NCBI GenBank assembly: GCA_964567455.1
Contig: CAZMMU010000010.1
Span: 496 to 64,495, forward strand
Reading direction: 5' to 3'
DNA length: 64,000 nt
From: an uncultured Hyphomonas sp.
GTDB lineage: Bacteria; Pseudomonadota; Alphaproteobacteria; Caulobacterales; Hyphomonadaceae
Numbering within the stretch: position 1 is the first letter of the stretch; every line of letters begins with the position of its first letter. Positions 1 through 15,296 of the stretch are shown here, in pieces. Under the pieces are notes generated by a model. It did not search any database and was not told the DNA's origin. It saw only the letters and a list, made by a program, of their open reading frames with translations. Made by a program: the position numbers and the translations under genes.

Positions 1-1
1 C

Positions 2-625
2 GGCATGAGTGATGCGGCGGCCAGCGTATCGGTCGAGATCGACGCCGAGTTTGTGTTGGAAGATTTAAGCGCGGCTGGGGCAGGCGAGCGGCTCTTTGCA
101 AAAGCTGCCGAGCGAGCGGGCCGGATTGACGGTGTTGTCAACAATGCAGGGGTTTATCTTGCTTCGCCGGTGCAGGGCGATGATTGGCACACCGGCTGGG
201 CGAAAACGATGGCGGTTAATGTGCAGGCTCCTGCTGATATCTGCCGCGCGGCAATCGCCCATTTCGGCACTCATGGTGGCGGCGCAGTGGTCAATATTGC
301 CAGCCGCGCAGGTCACAGGGGAGACGGCGGCGACCATGCTGCTTATGCTGCGTCCAAGGGTGCTGTCCTCGCCATGACGAAAACCTGGGCGCGGGCATTG
401 GCGGGGCAGGGTATGCGGTTCTACGCCATTGCGCCGGGCTGGGTCGAAACGCGCATGGCGCCTGAAGACATCAAGAAGCGCGCAGAGGCCGTTTCCGATA
501 TCCCGCTTGGCCGCGTCGCACAACCGGAGGAAGTGGGTGAACTGGCCGCTTTCCTTCTGTCTGATGCCTGTCCCTCTGCCGTCGGCGCGACGTTCGATGT
601 CAACGGGGCGAGCTATGTCCGATAG
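2..625 (+). CDS. Short-chain dehydrogenase/reductase (SDR), 5' end cut by the window edge
   Basis: The translation has NNAG and the YAASKGAV (YxxxK) catalytic motif. The N-terminal TGxxxGxG Rossmann segment is missing, so the gene starts upstream of the window. Confidence 0.8.
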   Translation, partial: GMSDAAASVSVEIDAEFVLEDLSAAGAGERLFAKAAERAGRIDGVVNNAGVYLASPVQGDDWHTGWAKTMAVNVQAPADICRAAIAHFGTHGGGAVVNIASRAGHRGDGGDHAAYAASKGAVLAMTKTWARALAGQGMRFYAIAPGWVETRMAPEDIKKRAEAVSDIPLGRVAQPEEVGELAAFLLSDACPSAVGATFDVNGASYVR

Positions 626-980
626 CGCAAGCAGTGAGGCTGCGCGCCGGATAGCCGATGCTCAGCTTGTGGCGTACAATGCGCGTGATATGGACGCTTA
701 TCTGGCGCTCTTTCATGAGGATGCGGTGCTGGTCAATCTGCCCGATCAGGGCGTGATTGCTCAGGGGCGCGATGCTATTCGCGCTCTGTATGAGGTCCGC
801 TTTGCGACGGCGGGCCTGCATTGCGAGGTGCATCACCGGTCCGAGATTGGCAATATCGCAATTGATCGCGAAACCGTTTACACCGATGCCGGTCCACCGG
901 TCGATATATTGGCCATGTATGAAGTGATTGATGGCAAAATTGTGCGTATCTTCTTCGTGCGTGGCGGAGAGATTGGCTAG
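615..980 (+). CDS. SnoaL-like / NTF2-fold family protein
   Basis: An internal ATG at 615 overlaps the upstream TAG (623-625). The roughly 120-aa product (MSDSASSEAARRIADAQLVAYNARDMDAYLALFHEDAVL...) is typical of the small alpha+beta NTF2-like fold. The longer ORF from 429 is only the overlap frame of the SDR gene. Confidence 0.6.
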   Translation: MSDSASSEAARRIADAQLVAYNARDMDAYLALFHEDAVLVNLPDQGVIAQGRDAIRALYEVRFATAGLHCEVHHRSEIGNIAIDRETVYTDAGPPVDILAMYEVIDGKIVRIFFVRGGEIG

Positions 981-1056
981 GCGAAATTGTTGACAATGAT
1001 GTTGCAGCGTCCGAGCCGCTTCCCCGTGCGCCCGGTTCGCTATATGCAAGAGCAGT

Positions 1057-2016
1057 ATGAGCTTTGATTTCTCTTCTTTGCCGCCGGCGCGCGGGACATT
1101 GATCGCTGACGCGCCGCTTGCGCCTTATACGTGGTTTCGCGTCGGTGGAGCGGCAGATGCCTTGTTTTTGCCTGCCGATGAAGATGACCTGGCGGCGTTT
1201 CTGGCTGCTTTGCCATCTGATACTCCGGTGACAGCGCTTGGGGTCGGCTCGAATGTCATCGTCCGCGATGGGGGCGTTGAGGGCGTCGTGATCCGGCTGA
1301 TGGGCAAATACTGGGGCGATGTCAGCTTGGATGACACAGGCGGGTACATCACGGCGCGGGCAGGGGCGCTTGATCTTTCAGTTGCGAAGTTTGCCGCTCG
1401 TCAGGGGCGGTCTGGCTTGTCCTTCCTGTCGGGCATACCGGGATCGGTTGGCGGGGCGGTGCGCACCAATGCAGGGTGTTATGGCAAAGAGCTGAAAGAT
1501 GTTCTTGTGCAGATCAATGGAGTGGATCGGACCGGCAAGCTGGTCCGCTATCAGGGCGGACTTAAAGATTTAGGGCTGCCGCAAATTTTGTTCGAGTATC
1601 GTCACACCAATTTTCCGTCCGATGTGATTGTGACGAGCCTCGTTCTGGCGACCGAAGGGGACGGCGAGGTTGGTCTGCTCAAAGCGCAGATCGAGGCGCA
1701 TCAGCGCCGGCGCGCTGACACTCAGCCTATCAGAGACAAAACATCCGGATCGACATTTGCGAACCCTGATCCGCCTGGTACGGAAAATCAGCGTTCGGCA
1801 TGGAAGCTGATTGATGCTGCGGGTTGTCGCGGTTTACGTGTGGGCGGGGCGCAAGTCTCGCAAAAGCATTGTAACTTCCTGATCAATACGGGCGAGGCTA
1901 GGGCGGCTGATCTTGAGGCGCTTGGCGAACTGGTTCGCGCGCGCGTGCTGGAGACCAGCGGGGTGGAGCTGCGCTGGGAAGTGCGCCGTATTGGCAGGCT
2001 GGCACGGCCGGACTAG
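1057..2016 (+). CDS. murB: UDP-N-acetylenolpyruvoylglucosamine reductase
   Basis: The 319-aa product has the FAD-binding N-terminus ([17 protein letters not shown]) and the C-terminal GSTFANP...[15 protein letters not shown] motif characteristic of MurB. Confidence 0.9.
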   Translation: MSFDFSSLPPARGTLIADAPLAPYTWFRVGGAADALFLPADEDDLAAFLAALPSDTPVTALGVGSNVIVRDGGVEGVVIRLMGKYWGDVSLDDTGGYITARAGALDLSVAKFAARQGRSGLSFLSGIPGSVGGAVRTNAGCYGKELKDVLVQINGVDRTGKLVRYQGGLKDLGLPQILFEYRHTNFPSDVIVTSLVLATEGDGEVGLLKAQIEAHQRRRADTQPIRDKTSGSTFANPDPPGTENQRSAWKLIDAAGCRGLRVGGAQVSQKHCNFLINTGEARAADLEALGELVRARVLETSGVELRWEVRRIGRLARPD

Positions 2017-4187
2017 AAACTGCCGCGCAATTCTATCCGCAAAATCGCGCCAAATGTCCGGTCGCGTGTTTCGAGAAAATCAACCGGACTGTTGTCGCGC
2101 CGATCCACGAAAACAGCGCGTTCTTCAAAGTCGATCTGACCGATTATATTGCTGACCGCGAGTGTGCCTGTGAGCCCGAAAATGTCTTTGTGTTCGACAA
2201 ACAAGCCAAGGTCACCGCGCTCTGCAAATCGTATCATGGATTGGTCGAGTCGGAAGTTTCGGGCCCGGCGGTCGCGATCATAGTTCAACCCGAGTGCATA
2301 GGGTGTAGACGGAATATCATATCTCAGCTCGGCGAAGATGCGACTGACCAGATCATCATTGATCCGGCGGCTTTCTCCGGTCAGCGGATCGTCAAGACTG
2401 CTTGATTGCGCTGCGCCATCAAACTCGAATTGCAGGCCTTTCGCGCCAAAGCGGTCAAGCCTAAAAGTCGCATTCAATTCAATGCCATAGCGCGTGGCGC
2501 GGTCGAGGTTTCCGGGCGCCTCGGCTGTCTCGCCAATCGGGACCTGATCAACAATATCGTCAATAATTTCGCCATAGGTGCGGATGGTAAAAGCGCCCAA
2601 ATCGCCAAGTCTCTGTTCGAGTTCGATCTCGCCGAGCCAGGCTTGTTGCGGCACAATATCGGGATTACCTGCTTGCGCGTTGTCTAGGTTGAGATTTACG
2701 GTGGACACGAAGTCGAAAAAATTCAACTGACCAACTTCGCGTTCAATCCTTGTGCTGATCGTTGTGTTAGAGCTGGGTGTCCATGCCAATGAAGCAAACC
2801 CTTTGGGACGGACAAATTGACGTGTCAGACCGGTTGGACCCGATTGCGAGATCTCCGAAAACTCAACCCCGAGAGAGGCTTGCGCATTCAACTTTGGTCC
2901 GAGTTTCCGGCTGTGAGTGAGATTGGCTTCGCCGCGTAATTCTTCGACGCGGGTATTGTCGTCCTGCAGGCTGCCGGGGGTGAAGGTGCCTAACGTATCG
3001 ATTGAGAAGAGGTTTGATGTGTTGTCGAGACTGTTAAACGCGCCTTCGATCGAGAGTTGCCAGTCGCGACCGGTCTTCGGGCTCAGGGAATACTCCAATC
3101 GGCCAATCGATTCTATTTCCTCGGAATCTTGCGTAAAGCGTGACCCGTCGGAGCTGCCGTCGGCCAGAAGCGTCGTGACAACATTGTTCGACCGGAAATT
3201 TGTTCGAAACGTCTGGACCCCGATGAGTTTGAGCCGTCCCGGTCCCAGTCCGAATTCGAAGTCGCCGCTGATCTCGCCAACGCGGCCATCATTGCCGAAA
3301 TCGAATCGGCGGAAATTGTCTTCAAGCGGTAGGCCGATCGGGGTTCTGTCTCCCAGCTCACGTCCAGCGAAATTAAACTGATCATAGGACAGATTCAGAT
3401 TTCCGATATTGCCATTGGCCGGGCGCCAGCCAAGCGCGAGGGAGCCGGACGGGTTCTCGCTGGCAAAGCGGGTTTCCTCGTCGCGCAATTCAAGCAGGGT
3501 ACCAGCGCCATCAAGGACTTGCTCGATGCCTTCATTGCCGCGGCGCGGGTTTGAATTTTCAAGGCTGAGCGTCCAGTCGAGCGCGCCTGATTTGCCCGAC
3601 AGTGAAAGCGTGCCATTGAGCAATGACGGATCAAGGTTCCGCCGGAAGGTTGTTTGTGCCGTCCATGCGCCCGAAATTCTGCTGCTGCCGGACGTGATGA
3701 CATTGACGATTTGGCCGGAGAGGCCTGGGATATCGAGCTGCGCGCCATCTTGCACTTCTATCCGGACGACAGAGCGTGTTGGGATGCGCCCAAGCGCTTC
3801 GACGGCATCGTTTGATTTGCCCGAAAGCCGCTGTCCATTGATCAGCACATTGCCGGTGGCTTGCCCGAAGCCGCGCTGGCTGTTGTCTTGTGCTTCGATC
3901 TGGAAGCCCGGGATTTGCTCGACCATATCAAGCGCGGTTCTCGGTGTGAATTGCGCGAAATCTTCCGGCGTGAAGCTCTGCGTGGCGGCGCCCGTTGACG
4001 CTGCGTTTGTATTGGGCGGCGGGTCAGAGCTGGCTTGTCCGTGCGCCTGAAGTGCGATTATGGGCAAAATCACTGATAGGAAGCAGGCTTTGCGCAACAG
4101 AATATACTCCAGACCAAGTCTTGGGGCAGTCTTATGTCCAGTCGTGCCCCGATGCAAATCCACATTTGCGTGATTGGTCACATTCAT
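2013..4187 (-). CDS. TonB-dependent outer-membrane receptor
   Basis: 724 aa. It has a signal-like N-terminus, a plug region ([15 protein letters not shown]...[13 protein letters not shown]), a long beta-barrel-like Gly/Asn/Ser-rich body, and a C-terminal aromatic residue (...IELRGSF). The exact start is uncertain. Confidence 0.8.
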   Translation of the reverse strand: MNVTNHANVDLHRGTTGHKTAPRLGLEYILLRKACFLSVILPIIALQAHGQASSDPPPNTNAASTGAATQSFTPEDFAQFTPRTALDMVEQIPGFQIEAQDNSQRGFGQATGNVLINGQRLSGKSNDAVEALGRIPTRSVVRIEVQDGAQLDIPGLSGQIVNVITSGSSRISGAWTAQTTFRRNLDPSLLNGTLSLSGKSGALDWTLSLENSNPRRGNEGIEQVLDGAGTLLELRDEETRFASENPSGSLALGWRPANGNIGNLNLSYDQFNFAGRELGDRTPIGLPLEDNFRRFDFGNDGRVGEISGDFEFGLGPGRLKLIGVQTFRTNFRSNNVVTTLLADGSSDGSRFTQDSEEIESIGRLEYSLSPKTGRDWQLSIEGAFNSLDNTSNLFSIDTLGTFTPGSLQDDNTRVEELRGEANLTHSRKLGPKLNAQASLGVEFSEISQSGPTGLTRQFVRPKGFASLAWTPSSNTTISTRIEREVGQLNFFDFVSTVNLNLDNAQAGNPDIVPQQAWLGEIELEQRLGDLGAFTIRTYGEIIDDIVDQVPIGETAEAPGNLDRATRYGIELNATFRLDRFGAKGLQFEFDGAAQSSSLDDPLTGESRRINDDLVSRIFAELRYDIPSTPYALGLNYDRDRRARNFRLDQSMIRFAERGDLGLFVEHKDIFGLTGTLAVSNIIGQIDFEERAVFVDRRDNSPVDFLETRDRTFGAILRIELRGSF

Positions 4188-4272
4188 AACATGGAAAGGT
4201 CGATTTGATTGTTAAGACTGTCAGATGAGGGGGCATTGTGCCCGGCATGGTCTGCCAGAAGAGGATTATGGC

Positions 4273-5181
4273 ATGAAGCGAGTGGCAATTGTCTATGGTG
4301 GGTTCTCATCCGAACGCGAGGTATCGCTGTCGTCAGGGGAGGCGGTGGGACGGGCAGCGCGTCAGGCGGGATACGAGACGGTGATGATCGACGCCGGACC
4401 GGATCTGGCGGAAGTCCTGCTTGCGGAAAAGCCCGAGGCAATCGTGAACGCGCTACATGGCCCGTGGGGCGAAGATGGGTGCGTTCAGGGCGTGTTCGAG
4501 TGGTTGCAGATTCCCTATTCGCATTCGGGCGTGCTGGCTTCGGCGCTGGCGATGGACAAATTAAAATCGAAAATTGCTTATCGGCAAGCGGGTCTTGATG
4601 TCGCCGCCGACAAAGCTGTCAGCCGAGCAGAAGCGGCCGCCGCCCATCCGCTGCCCTTGCCTTACGTGATCAAGCCAGTGGCCGAAGGGTCGAGCTTTGG
4701 CGTTGTTTTTGTTCGGGAAGGGGCCAATGGTCCAGCCCGCGAAGTGCTCTCTGATGATTGGGCCTATAGCGATTATCTGATGGCCGAAGCGTATATTCCC
4801 GGCCGTGAACTTACCGTTTCAGTGATGGGGGACAAACCATTGGCGGTCACAGAAATCACCACGTTAAGAGAGTTTTACGATTTTAGCGCAAAATATGAGG
4901 CTGGAGGATCGCGACACACTGTGCCAGCCGATCTGCCCGAAGCGGTTACCGAGCGCGCCATGGCGGATGCGCTGACTGCACATCGGGCACTTGGATGTCG
5001 CGGCGTATCTCGGTCGGATTTTCGCTATGATGAGGCAAAAGACAGATTGGTCATTTTGGAAACCAACACCCAGCCGGGCATGACGCCCACATCACTGGTG
5101 CCCGAGCAGGCGCAGTATCTGGGTCTATCATTTGCCGATCTGGTCAGTTGGATAATTGAGGACGCGACATGTCAAAGGTAA
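4273..5181 (+). CDS. ddl: D-alanine--D-alanine ligase
   Basis: The start is chosen at [22 protein letters not shown], the canonical Ddl N-terminus. An ATP-grasp body follows, and the position before ftsQ fits. Confidence 0.9.
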   Translation: MKRVAIVYGGFSSEREVSLSSGEAVGRAARQAGYETVMIDAGPDLAEVLLAEKPEAIVNALHGPWGEDGCVQGVFEWLQIPYSHSGVLASALAMDKLKSKIAYRQAGLDVAADKAVSRAEAAAAHPLPLPYVIKPVAEGSSFGVVFVREGANGPAREVLSDDWAYSDYLMAEAYIPGRELTVSVMGDKPLAVTEITTLREFYDFSAKYEAGGSRHTVPADLPEAVTERAMADALTAHRALGCRGVSRSDFRYDEAKDRLVILETNTQPGMTPTSLVPEQAQYLGLSFADLVSWIIEDATCQR

Positions 5182-6035
5182 AAAATTCAAAGTCTGGCGG
5201 CGGCAAGTCGGGCAGGGGACGTGCCCGACATGATGTGATCGATGATCGCGAAGAGGTGCAGGCGTCATCTATTTTGTTCGGTCTGGCGATTCTCACCGCA
5301 CTGATCGTTGCAGCGGCGGCGTGGATGGGCGGCTCATTGAGCCAGCTTGAACGTCGAGCGGGGCATATACTCGACAGTGCCGCGCGTTCGACAGGACTTG
5401 CTGTACAGTATGTTTCTGTCGAAGGGGTCAGCGACGAGATTGCCGACGAGTTGCGTTTCGCGGCCCTCGTCGAGCCGGGCGAGAACATGTTTCGGGCGGA
5501 CCCGCATCTGGTGCGCGAACGGATCGAGGCGACGGGCCGGGTCGTCAATGTGCAGGTCCATCGCTTCTGGCCAGACCATATTCTGATCCTTGCGGACGCT
5601 GTCGAGCCTGTTGCGCTGTGGCGTAACCCGGCGGCCAAAGATGCAAAATGGGCAGTGGTTGATGGCCTTGGCCGGATCATGCGCGAGCCCCCGCTGGATC
5701 ACAGCGAGCTTGTCCGGGTCGTCGGGGTTGGTGCTGACGAAGCGGCCCCTTTGCTGGCTTCAGCGCTTGAAGAATTTCCCCAATTGTCCGCGCGGATTGC
5801 CTTGGCCGAGCGCATCTCCGAAGAGCGTTGGGACCTCAAATTCGACACCGGGGTCATTGCCCAGCTGCCGCGTGATAGTTCGCAGGGACAGGCCATCCGA
5901 CGCCTGGCTTTTCTCGATCGCGATACCCAAGTCCTGAACCGTCCCGTGCGCCAAATTGATATGCGCCATGCCGAACAGGTCTATCTGTCTCCTGAGCGTC
6001 CTGCCACCGCCTCTTTGCAGCCCGAAGCCGGATAG
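5169..6035 (+). CDS. ftsQ: Cell division protein FtsQ
   Basis: 288 aa with a basic N-terminus, a single TM helix ([21 protein letters not shown]) and a POTRA-like region. It overlaps the ddl 3' end by 13 nt and sits directly upstream of ftsA. Confidence 0.85.
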   Translation: MSKVKNSKSGGGKSGRGRARHDVIDDREEVQASSILFGLAILTALIVAAAAWMGGSLSQLERRAGHILDSAARSTGLAVQYVSVEGVSDEIADELRFAALVEPGENMFRADPHLVRERIEATGRVVNVQVHRFWPDHILILADAVEPVALWRNPAAKDAKWAVVDGLGRIMREPPLDHSELVRVVGVGADEAAPLLASALEEFPQLSARIALAERISEERWDLKFDTGVIAQLPRDSSQGQAIRRLAFLDRDTQVLNRPVRQIDMRHAEQVYLSPERPATASLQPEAG

Positions 6036-6037
6036 GT

Positions 6038-7333
6038 ATGGCCCGGTTCAAGAACCGCTTTCCGGCCCGTTCTGGTCCGCGACCGGGGGAGGTGTTCGCC
6101 GCCCTCGATATTGGCTGTTCCAAGATTACCTGCCTGATTGCCCGCCGCGATGCTGACGAGCCGCAAGGCTACAAGCTGCTTGGTGGCGGACGCCAGCAGT
6201 CACGGGGATTTCTTGCCGGGGCTATTACCGACATGGAAGCGCTTGAGCGGGCCATCCGCCTCGCGGTTGAGGATGCCGAACGTCAGGCGGGCGAACGGAT
6301 CGAACATGTGGTGCTGGGTATTACCGGTCCAAAATTGCAGAGCCATCTGATTTCCGCCCAGATCCCAATGGATGGCAGCACGGTCAGCGCGCGCGACCTC
6401 AAGCGCCTCCACGCTGCCGCGCTGGCCAAAGCGGCTTTGAAAGACCACACCCTCCTGTCGGCCCATCCGGTGGCTTACCGGATTGATGCGCAGGACGGTA
6501 TCCGTGATCCGCGTGGCATGCATGGCAGCACGCTTGGGGTGATGGTCAATGCCGTATCGGCACCGGAAAGCCAATTGCTCAACTTGCTCGAATGTGTCGG
6601 CCGCGCCCATCTTGAAGTGTGCCAGCTTGTGCCCTCGGCTGTGGCGGCTGGTATGGGCGCATTGATCGAGGATGAGCTGGAAAACGGTGCCGTGTGTATT
6701 GATCTTGGCGGCGGCGTGACGACGGCTGCAATTTTCCGCAATGGCGTGCCAGCCTGGTTAGGGCTTGTCCCAGCATCCGGATTGCACATCACCCGCGACA
6801 TCGCTCAGGGGCTCGGCACCACATTTGCGGCAGCTGAAAGGCTCAAGACTTTGCATGCCACGACGGAGCGGAATGTGATGGCGGCCAATGAAGAGATCGA
6901 GTGTCCGCGTCTTGGTGATGATGGGCGTTTGCAGGCGGGCCGGATCAAGCGCAGCGAGTTGGCCGATATTGTTGCCCCGCGCCTTGAGGAAATTTTCGAG
7001 ATCATGCGCGACCAGCTGTCAAAGTCGGCAGTGAAGAAAGTTATGCCCCGTCGGGGCGTATTGACTGGCGGAACAAGCCAGATCGGCCATATCAGGGAAA
7101 CGGCAAAGTCCGTTTTGGGCATGCCGATCCGGCTTGCGCGTCCTGTTGCTGCTGATCGGTTGGGCGAAACCTACACCAATCCGGCCTTTTCAACCGCGGC
7201 AGGTTTGTTAACCTATGTGCTTGCAGGGCTTCCAGATGCGCTTGAAGCACTTGACGGGCAGTCATTTTTGTCCGCAAATGGACAAGTGGGCATTGTTAAA
7301 AAAGCATTTTTCTGGATGCGTGAAAATTTCTGA
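6038..7333 (+). CDS. ftsA: Cell division protein FtsA (actin-like ATPase)
   Basis: 431 aa with ALDIGCSKITCLIA and CIDLGGGVTTAAIF phosphate-binding motifs. It lies between ftsQ and ftsZ. Confidence 0.9.
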   Translation: MARFKNRFPARSGPRPGEVFAALDIGCSKITCLIARRDADEPQGYKLLGGGRQQSRGFLAGAITDMEALERAIRLAVEDAERQAGERIEHVVLGITGPKLQSHLISAQIPMDGSTVSARDLKRLHAAALAKAALKDHTLLSAHPVAYRIDAQDGIRDPRGMHGSTLGVMVNAVSAPESQLLNLLECVGRAHLEVCQLVPSAVAAGMGALIEDELENGAVCIDLGGGVTTAAIFRNGVPAWLGLVPASGLHITRDIAQGLGTTFAAAERLKTLHATTERNVMAANEEIECPRLGDDGRLQAGRIKRSELADIVAPRLEEIFEIMRDQLSKSAVKKVMPRRGVLTGGTSQIGHIRETAKSVLGMPIRLARPVAADRLGETYTNPAFSTAAGLLTYVLAGLPDALEALDGQSFLSANGQVGIVKKAFFWMRENF

Positions 7334-7429
7334 TTTAAATCAGATGCGCTTAACTGTCTTTTAGCTCTGCCAAGGCAAACTTCAGGTCTCAGGCCCTTTT
7401 TGTAGTGTGTATAGTTTCAGGCGGATATA

Positions 7430-8893
7430 ATGACGATAGATCTCAGACCCCGAATAGTCGTTTTTGGTGTTGGTGGCGCAGGCGGTAATGCCGTCGACAA
7501 TATGATTGAACGCCAATTGCAAGGTGTGGAATTTGTCGCGGCGAACACTGACTCCCAGGCGCTCGCGCGATCTAAAGCTGCGACCCATATCCAGCTTGGC
7601 CCAGAAACAACTCAAGGTCTTGGCGCTGGCGCGCGGCCTGAACTTGGTGCGGAAGCTGCCGAAGAATCCAAAACCCAGATTGAAGCCGCTCTGAAGGGCG
7701 CGCACATGGTGTTTATTGCAGCCGGAATGGGCGGCGGCACAGGCACGGGTGCTGCGCCCGTGATTGCGCGTCTGGCGCGGGACATGGGCATTCTCACTGT
7801 TGGCGTTGTGACCAAACCGTTTGGCTTCGAACATCATCACCGCATGAAGCTCGCCGAAGTTGGTGTTGAAGATATCCGCCAATATGTCGATACGCTGATC
7901 GTTGTGCCCAATCAGAACCTGTTCCGCATTGCCAATGAGCGGACGCCGTTTTCCGAAGCCTTCCAGATGGTCGATGACGTATTGTATTCGGGCGTGCGCG
8001 GGATTACCGATTTGATGGTGATGCCAGGCTTGATCAATCTTGATTTTGCTGATGTCAGAGCCGTTATGGCGGGCATGGGCACCGCTATGATGGGGATTGG
8101 TGAGGCTGAAGGTGAGGGGCGGGCACTTGCTGCGGCACGTGCGGCGGTCGATAATCCCCTGCTTGATGACGTCTCGATCAAAGGCGCACAGGCGGTTCTG
8201 ATCAATATTACTGGTGGCAATGACATCACATTGTTCGAGCTTGACGAGGCGGCGAATGAAATCCGCGGCGAAGTTTCCGAGGATGCCAATGTTATTCTAG
8301 GGTCGGCTTTTGACGACACGCTGAACGGGAAGCTGCGTATCTCGGTTGTTGCAGCTGGATTGCACGTCGGTGCGCAAAGTGCGCCCAAGCCGCCCGCAGC
8401 CACCCCAGAGCCAACACCTGCGAATGAGTTTGTGGCGCCGGTTGTGGTCAATCGATATGCGACCACGGCGGAGGACGCGCCTGCGGCGTCTCAATCGTCC
8501 AATCCCGAAGAGTCTGCGGAAGTGGATGTCCGTCCCGATTTCAGCGGCCGCGAATTGCCCGCAGCCCATATTGATGGCGAGCAAGGCGCCGATCATGTCA
8601 GCGCCGATGCTGTGTTCGGGGCGAATGCTGCGCCTGTAACCGAGCCTTCGCCTGTTGAAGAGCCAGCCGAGAAGGTCGAGTCCGAGCCGGCGGAGAAGAC
8701 TGACGATCATCAAGCCGGGTTTGCAGGTCTGTTTGGCTGGCGCCGGAATCATCAGCCTGAGGCGCAGTCCAATGATGAAGAAGCCCCCGCGAAGACGCCC
8801 AAGGCCCCATCAGCCGATACGCCCGAGCCTGCGCCGTTTGACGATGCAGATCTGGAGATTCCCGCGTTCTTGCGTCGGTCCGCCAATCACTGA
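7430..8893 (+). CDS. ftsZ: Cell division GTPase FtsZ
   Basis: It has [11 protein letters not shown] and the tubulin signature [12 protein letters not shown] long acidic, Pro-rich linker is followed by the conserved C-terminal peptide [10 protein letters not shown]. Confidence 0.97.
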   Translation: MTIDLRPRIVVFGVGGAGGNAVDNMIERQLQGVEFVAANTDSQALARSKAATHIQLGPETTQGLGAGARPELGAEAAEESKTQIEAALKGAHMVFIAAGMGGGTGTGAAPVIARLARDMGILTVGVVTKPFGFEHHHRMKLAEVGVEDIRQYVDTLIVVPNQNLFRIANERTPFSEAFQMVDDVLYSGVRGITDLMVMPGLINLDFADVRAVMAGMGTAMMGIGEAEGEGRALAAARAAVDNPLLDDVSIKGAQAVLINITGGNDITLFELDEAANEIRGEVSEDANVILGSAFDDTLNGKLRISVVAAGLHVGAQSAPKPPAATPEPTPANEFVAPVVVNRYATTAEDAPAASQSSNPEESAEVDVRPDFSGRELPAAHIDGEQGADHVSADAVFGANAAPVTEPSPVEEPAEKVESEPAEKTDDHQAGFAGLFGWRRNHQPEAQSNDEEAPAKTPKAPSADTPEPAPFDDADLEIPAFLRRSANH

Positions 8894-9075
8894 TATTCCC
8901 CTTTGAGGGGTAGATCATTCTGGAGAACGAAATCCAGAGTGATCGACCCTGAGCGTGCAATATTGCGAAACATTCCGTGTATTGAGCCAACCCATCTGAC
9001 TGGATAAGGTTCTTCCGTGGGGGCGAAAGAGATGTTGAGACACGACGTCGTAGCGTTCAGGGGAAGTCGTATAGT

Positions 9076-10017
9076 ATGATCGAGCAACGGACTTTATCAC
9101 GAAAAATCAAGGTGTCTGGTGTGGGTCTCCATTCCGGCCTCTACGTTAATATGACGCTCCACCCAGCAAATGTTGATCACGGCATCCGCTTTCGCCGGAC
9201 GGATATGATCGGCCCGACGGCTGATATTTTCGCCTCTGTTGATTGTGTAAGCTCGCTTGAACGGGCGACCACTTTGTCCAATGACGCCAAGCATTCGGTT
9301 TCAACTGTCGAGCATCTTGTGGCCGCGTGCCGCGGACTGGGCATCGACAATATTCTGATCGAGTTAGATGGCCCTGAAGTGCCAATCATGGATGGATCGT
9401 CGCTCGACTTCTGTAATCTGTTCAAATCGAGCGGCTTTGTCGGGCAGTCGAAGCCACGCAACCTGATCCGCATTCTCAAACCGGTCGAAGTCCGTGAGGG
9501 GGAGAGCTTTGCGTCACTGGAGCCGACTGACCGCAATGTGCTTAGCCTGTCGGCACAGATCGCGTTTAAAGAAGCCGCGATCGGGACGCAGAAAAGGTCT
9601 CTGGTGCTCGATCAGGGTGTTTTTTGTAAGGAATTGTCTTTCGCACGTACATTTGGACTGAGCTGCGAGCTGGAGAGTCTGCATGCGCGTGGCTTGGCGC
9701 TGGGCGGCTCGCTCGATAATGCTATCCTCATTGATGGCGACCGCATCGTCAATCAGGGCGGCTTGCGCAGCGCAGATGAATTTGTCCTTCATAAGCTACT
9801 CGACGCTATTGGTGATCTGGCGTTGGCGGGTGGCGCAATTGCGGGTCATTACGAGGCGGTGCAGCCTGGACACAGGCTGAACATTGACCTCGTCAAATCG
9901 CTGATGGCGACGCCGGACGCGTGGTGCTGGGAGCAGCAAGAGGCCGATTTGGGCTTGCCCGTGGTCCCTGAAGTACTGTCTGATGTGGAAACGGTTTTGC
10001 CAGCGCCTCCGGTGTAA
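9076..10017 (+). CDS. lpxC: UDP-3-O-acyl-N-acetylglucosamine deacetylase
   Basis: 313 aa with N-terminus ...QRTLSRKIKVSGVGLHSG and the TVEHL and HKLLDAIGDL motifs of LpxC. The position after ftsZ is as in other alphaproteobacteria. Confidence 0.9.
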   Translation: MIEQRTLSRKIKVSGVGLHSGLYVNMTLHPANVDHGIRFRRTDMIGPTADIFASVDCVSSLERATTLSNDAKHSVSTVEHLVAACRGLGIDNILIELDGPEVPIMDGSSLDFCNLFKSSGFVGQSKPRNLIRILKPVEVREGESFASLEPTDRNVLSLSAQIAFKEAAIGTQKRSLVLDQGVFCKELSFARTFGLSCELESLHARGLALGGSLDNAILIDGDRIVNQGGLRSADEFVLHKLLDAIGDLALAGGAIAGHYEAVQPGHRLNIDLVKSLMATPDAWCWEQQEADLGLPVVPEVLSDVETVLPAPPV

Positions 10018-10153
10018 TGTGGGCACGTCTCGTGCTTGGGCAGCCGCGCGCGATTAACGTCCTGACAATTAATTTACCGTCACTGTACAGCTCAGCGTCT
10101 TGAACAATGATCCCAATGTAGGTCATAGTTCAATTTATCAGGAGATAAATGTG

Positions 10154-10978
10154 ATGAGCCCACTAAAAACCGCCCTCATGGTCGGCGTTGCCACAGCAAG
10201 TCTGACACTTACGGCATGTCAGAACAATTCACGCAAAGCGCAACGAGCTTATATCGAGCGGCCGGTTGAGGTGCTCTATAACTCTGCCGCCTCGGAGCTT
10301 GATAAACGCGATTATGCTGAAGCGATCGAGTTGTTTAACGAGGTTGAGCGCCAGCACCCTTATTCCGAATGGGCGCGCCGCTCCACGCTGATGAGCGCTT
10401 TTGCGGCCTATCAGTCTCGCCGCTATGATGACGCCATCGGCACCGCTCAACGGTTCATCGCCCTCAATCCGGGCAGCGAGAGCGCGGCTTATGCCTATCA
10501 TCTCGTGGCGACCAGCTATTTCGAGCAAATCGTCGACGTTGGCCGCGACCAGCGCACCACCGAGCAGGCCGCCGCCGCGCTGAACGAATTGATGCGGCGC
10601 TTTCCGACAACGGAATATGCCAAGGACGCACAGCTGAAAATGGACATGGTCGAAGACCAGCTGGCCGGCAAGGAGATGGAGATCGGCCGCTGGTATATGC
10701 GCCGAAACGAGCATCTGCCTGCAATCAATCGATACCGGACCGTCATTACCGAGTATGATACGACCACGCATGCGCCCGAAGCGCTGTACAGGCTGGTTGA
10801 GGCCTATCTGTCGATTGGCCTCAAAGGCGAGGCGCTCGCATCGGCGGCGGTGCTCGGCTACAATCATCCAGAATCCGAATGGTATAAGGATGCTTATCGG
10901 CTGATGTCAGACGAGGGGCTTGATCCCGATGCCGTGCCTGAGGAACGCAAGCGCGGATTGTTATCCCGCCTGTTCTAA
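10154..10978 (+). CDS. bamD: Outer membrane protein assembly factor BamD (lipoprotein, TPR-like)
   Basis: An ATG at 10154 follows a GGAG Shine-Dalgarno. It has a lipobox (SLTLTAC) and a TPR-like body (YNSAASELDKRDYAEAIELFNEVERQHPYSEWA...). Confidence 0.8.
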   Translation: MSPLKTALMVGVATASLTLTACQNNSRKAQRAYIERPVEVLYNSAASELDKRDYAEAIELFNEVERQHPYSEWARRSTLMSAFAAYQSRRYDDAIGTAQRFIALNPGSESAAYAYHLVATSYFEQIVDVGRDQRTTEQAAAALNELMRRFPTTEYAKDAQLKMDMVEDQLAGKEMEIGRWYMRRNEHLPAINRYRTVITEYDTTTHAPEALYRLVEAYLSIGLKGEALASAAVLGYNHPESEWYKDAYRLMSDEGLDPDAVPEERKRGLLSRLF

Positions 10979-11009
10979 AGGGCCTTTCCAAAAATATTTC
11001 TCTCGACTT

Positions 11010-11024
11010 GTTCTTTCTTTGTTC
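11010..11024 (+). promoter_or_regulatory. Candidate alphaproteobacterial LexA (SOS) box GTTC-N7-GTTC upstream of recN
   Basis: The exact direct repeat GTTCtttctttGTTC ends 19 nt before the recN ATG. TTGTTC (11009-11014) and TATAGA (11031-11036), 16 nt apart, could be a -35/-10 pair. Confidence 0.65.
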
Positions 11025-11042
11025 TTTTGATATAGAACAGAG

Positions 11043-14872
<3,830 letters not shown>

Positions 14873-14911
14873 GACCGAAAGCCCTTTCTGGTGAGTTTTT
14901 GTCCACAGATT

Positions 14912-15256
14912 CTAGATCTGCCAAAGCCCGTATTCGATTCCGCCGACGATATAAATCGCGAACGTGCCGCGCCCTTCAATCTGGGTTGGCGGAAGCGCGA
15001 TCTCGGCTCCTTGCTTGTCGAGCGCGTCCACTGTCTGGGCGATTGTCTCGGTTAGGAAGTAAGGCCGAACCACAGGCATTTCCGTGTCACGAAGCGGGCT
15101 ACGTACCGCAATAGAGCCTCCCATTGGTGCCGCGGCAATGCGTGCGCCACCGAGTTCGGGCACCGGTTCACCAAATTCCAATTGCTGCGCCGTTTCGAAC
15201 AGTTTGACCTCGCGATCTACGTCGTTCGTCACAATTTCAAGATAGTGAATGTTCAT
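14912..15256 (-). CDS. VOC / glyoxalase-bleomycin resistance fold protein
   Basis: The product is about 114 aa starting MNIHYLEIVTNDVD..., a small paired beta-alpha-beta-beta-beta type sequence. The longer call to 15286 is less likely. Confidence 0.5.
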   Translation of the reverse strand: MNIHYLEIVTNDVDREVKLFETAQQLEFGEPVPELGGARIAAAPMGGSIAVRSPLRDTEMPVVRPYFLTETIAQTVDALDKQGAEIALPPTQIEGRGTFAIYIVGGIEYGLWQI

Positions 15257-15296
15257 ATGATCAATTCTCCCGCTTCTCCAAAGCAATCAGACAGAT

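Noticed and set aside
7335-7353. TTAA...TTAA upstream of ftsZ as a possible CtrA box.
   Set aside because: The spacing is 11 nt, not the 7 nt required by the TTAA-N7-TTAA consensus. I also found no GANTC methylation site in the 97-bp spacer.
8894-9075. The ftsZ-lpxC spacer, checked for a terminator or an sRNA (small CCCC-tttga-GGGG hairpin at about 8898-8911).
   Set aside because: The hairpin has a 4-5 bp stem and no following T-run. Nothing else is structured enough to call.
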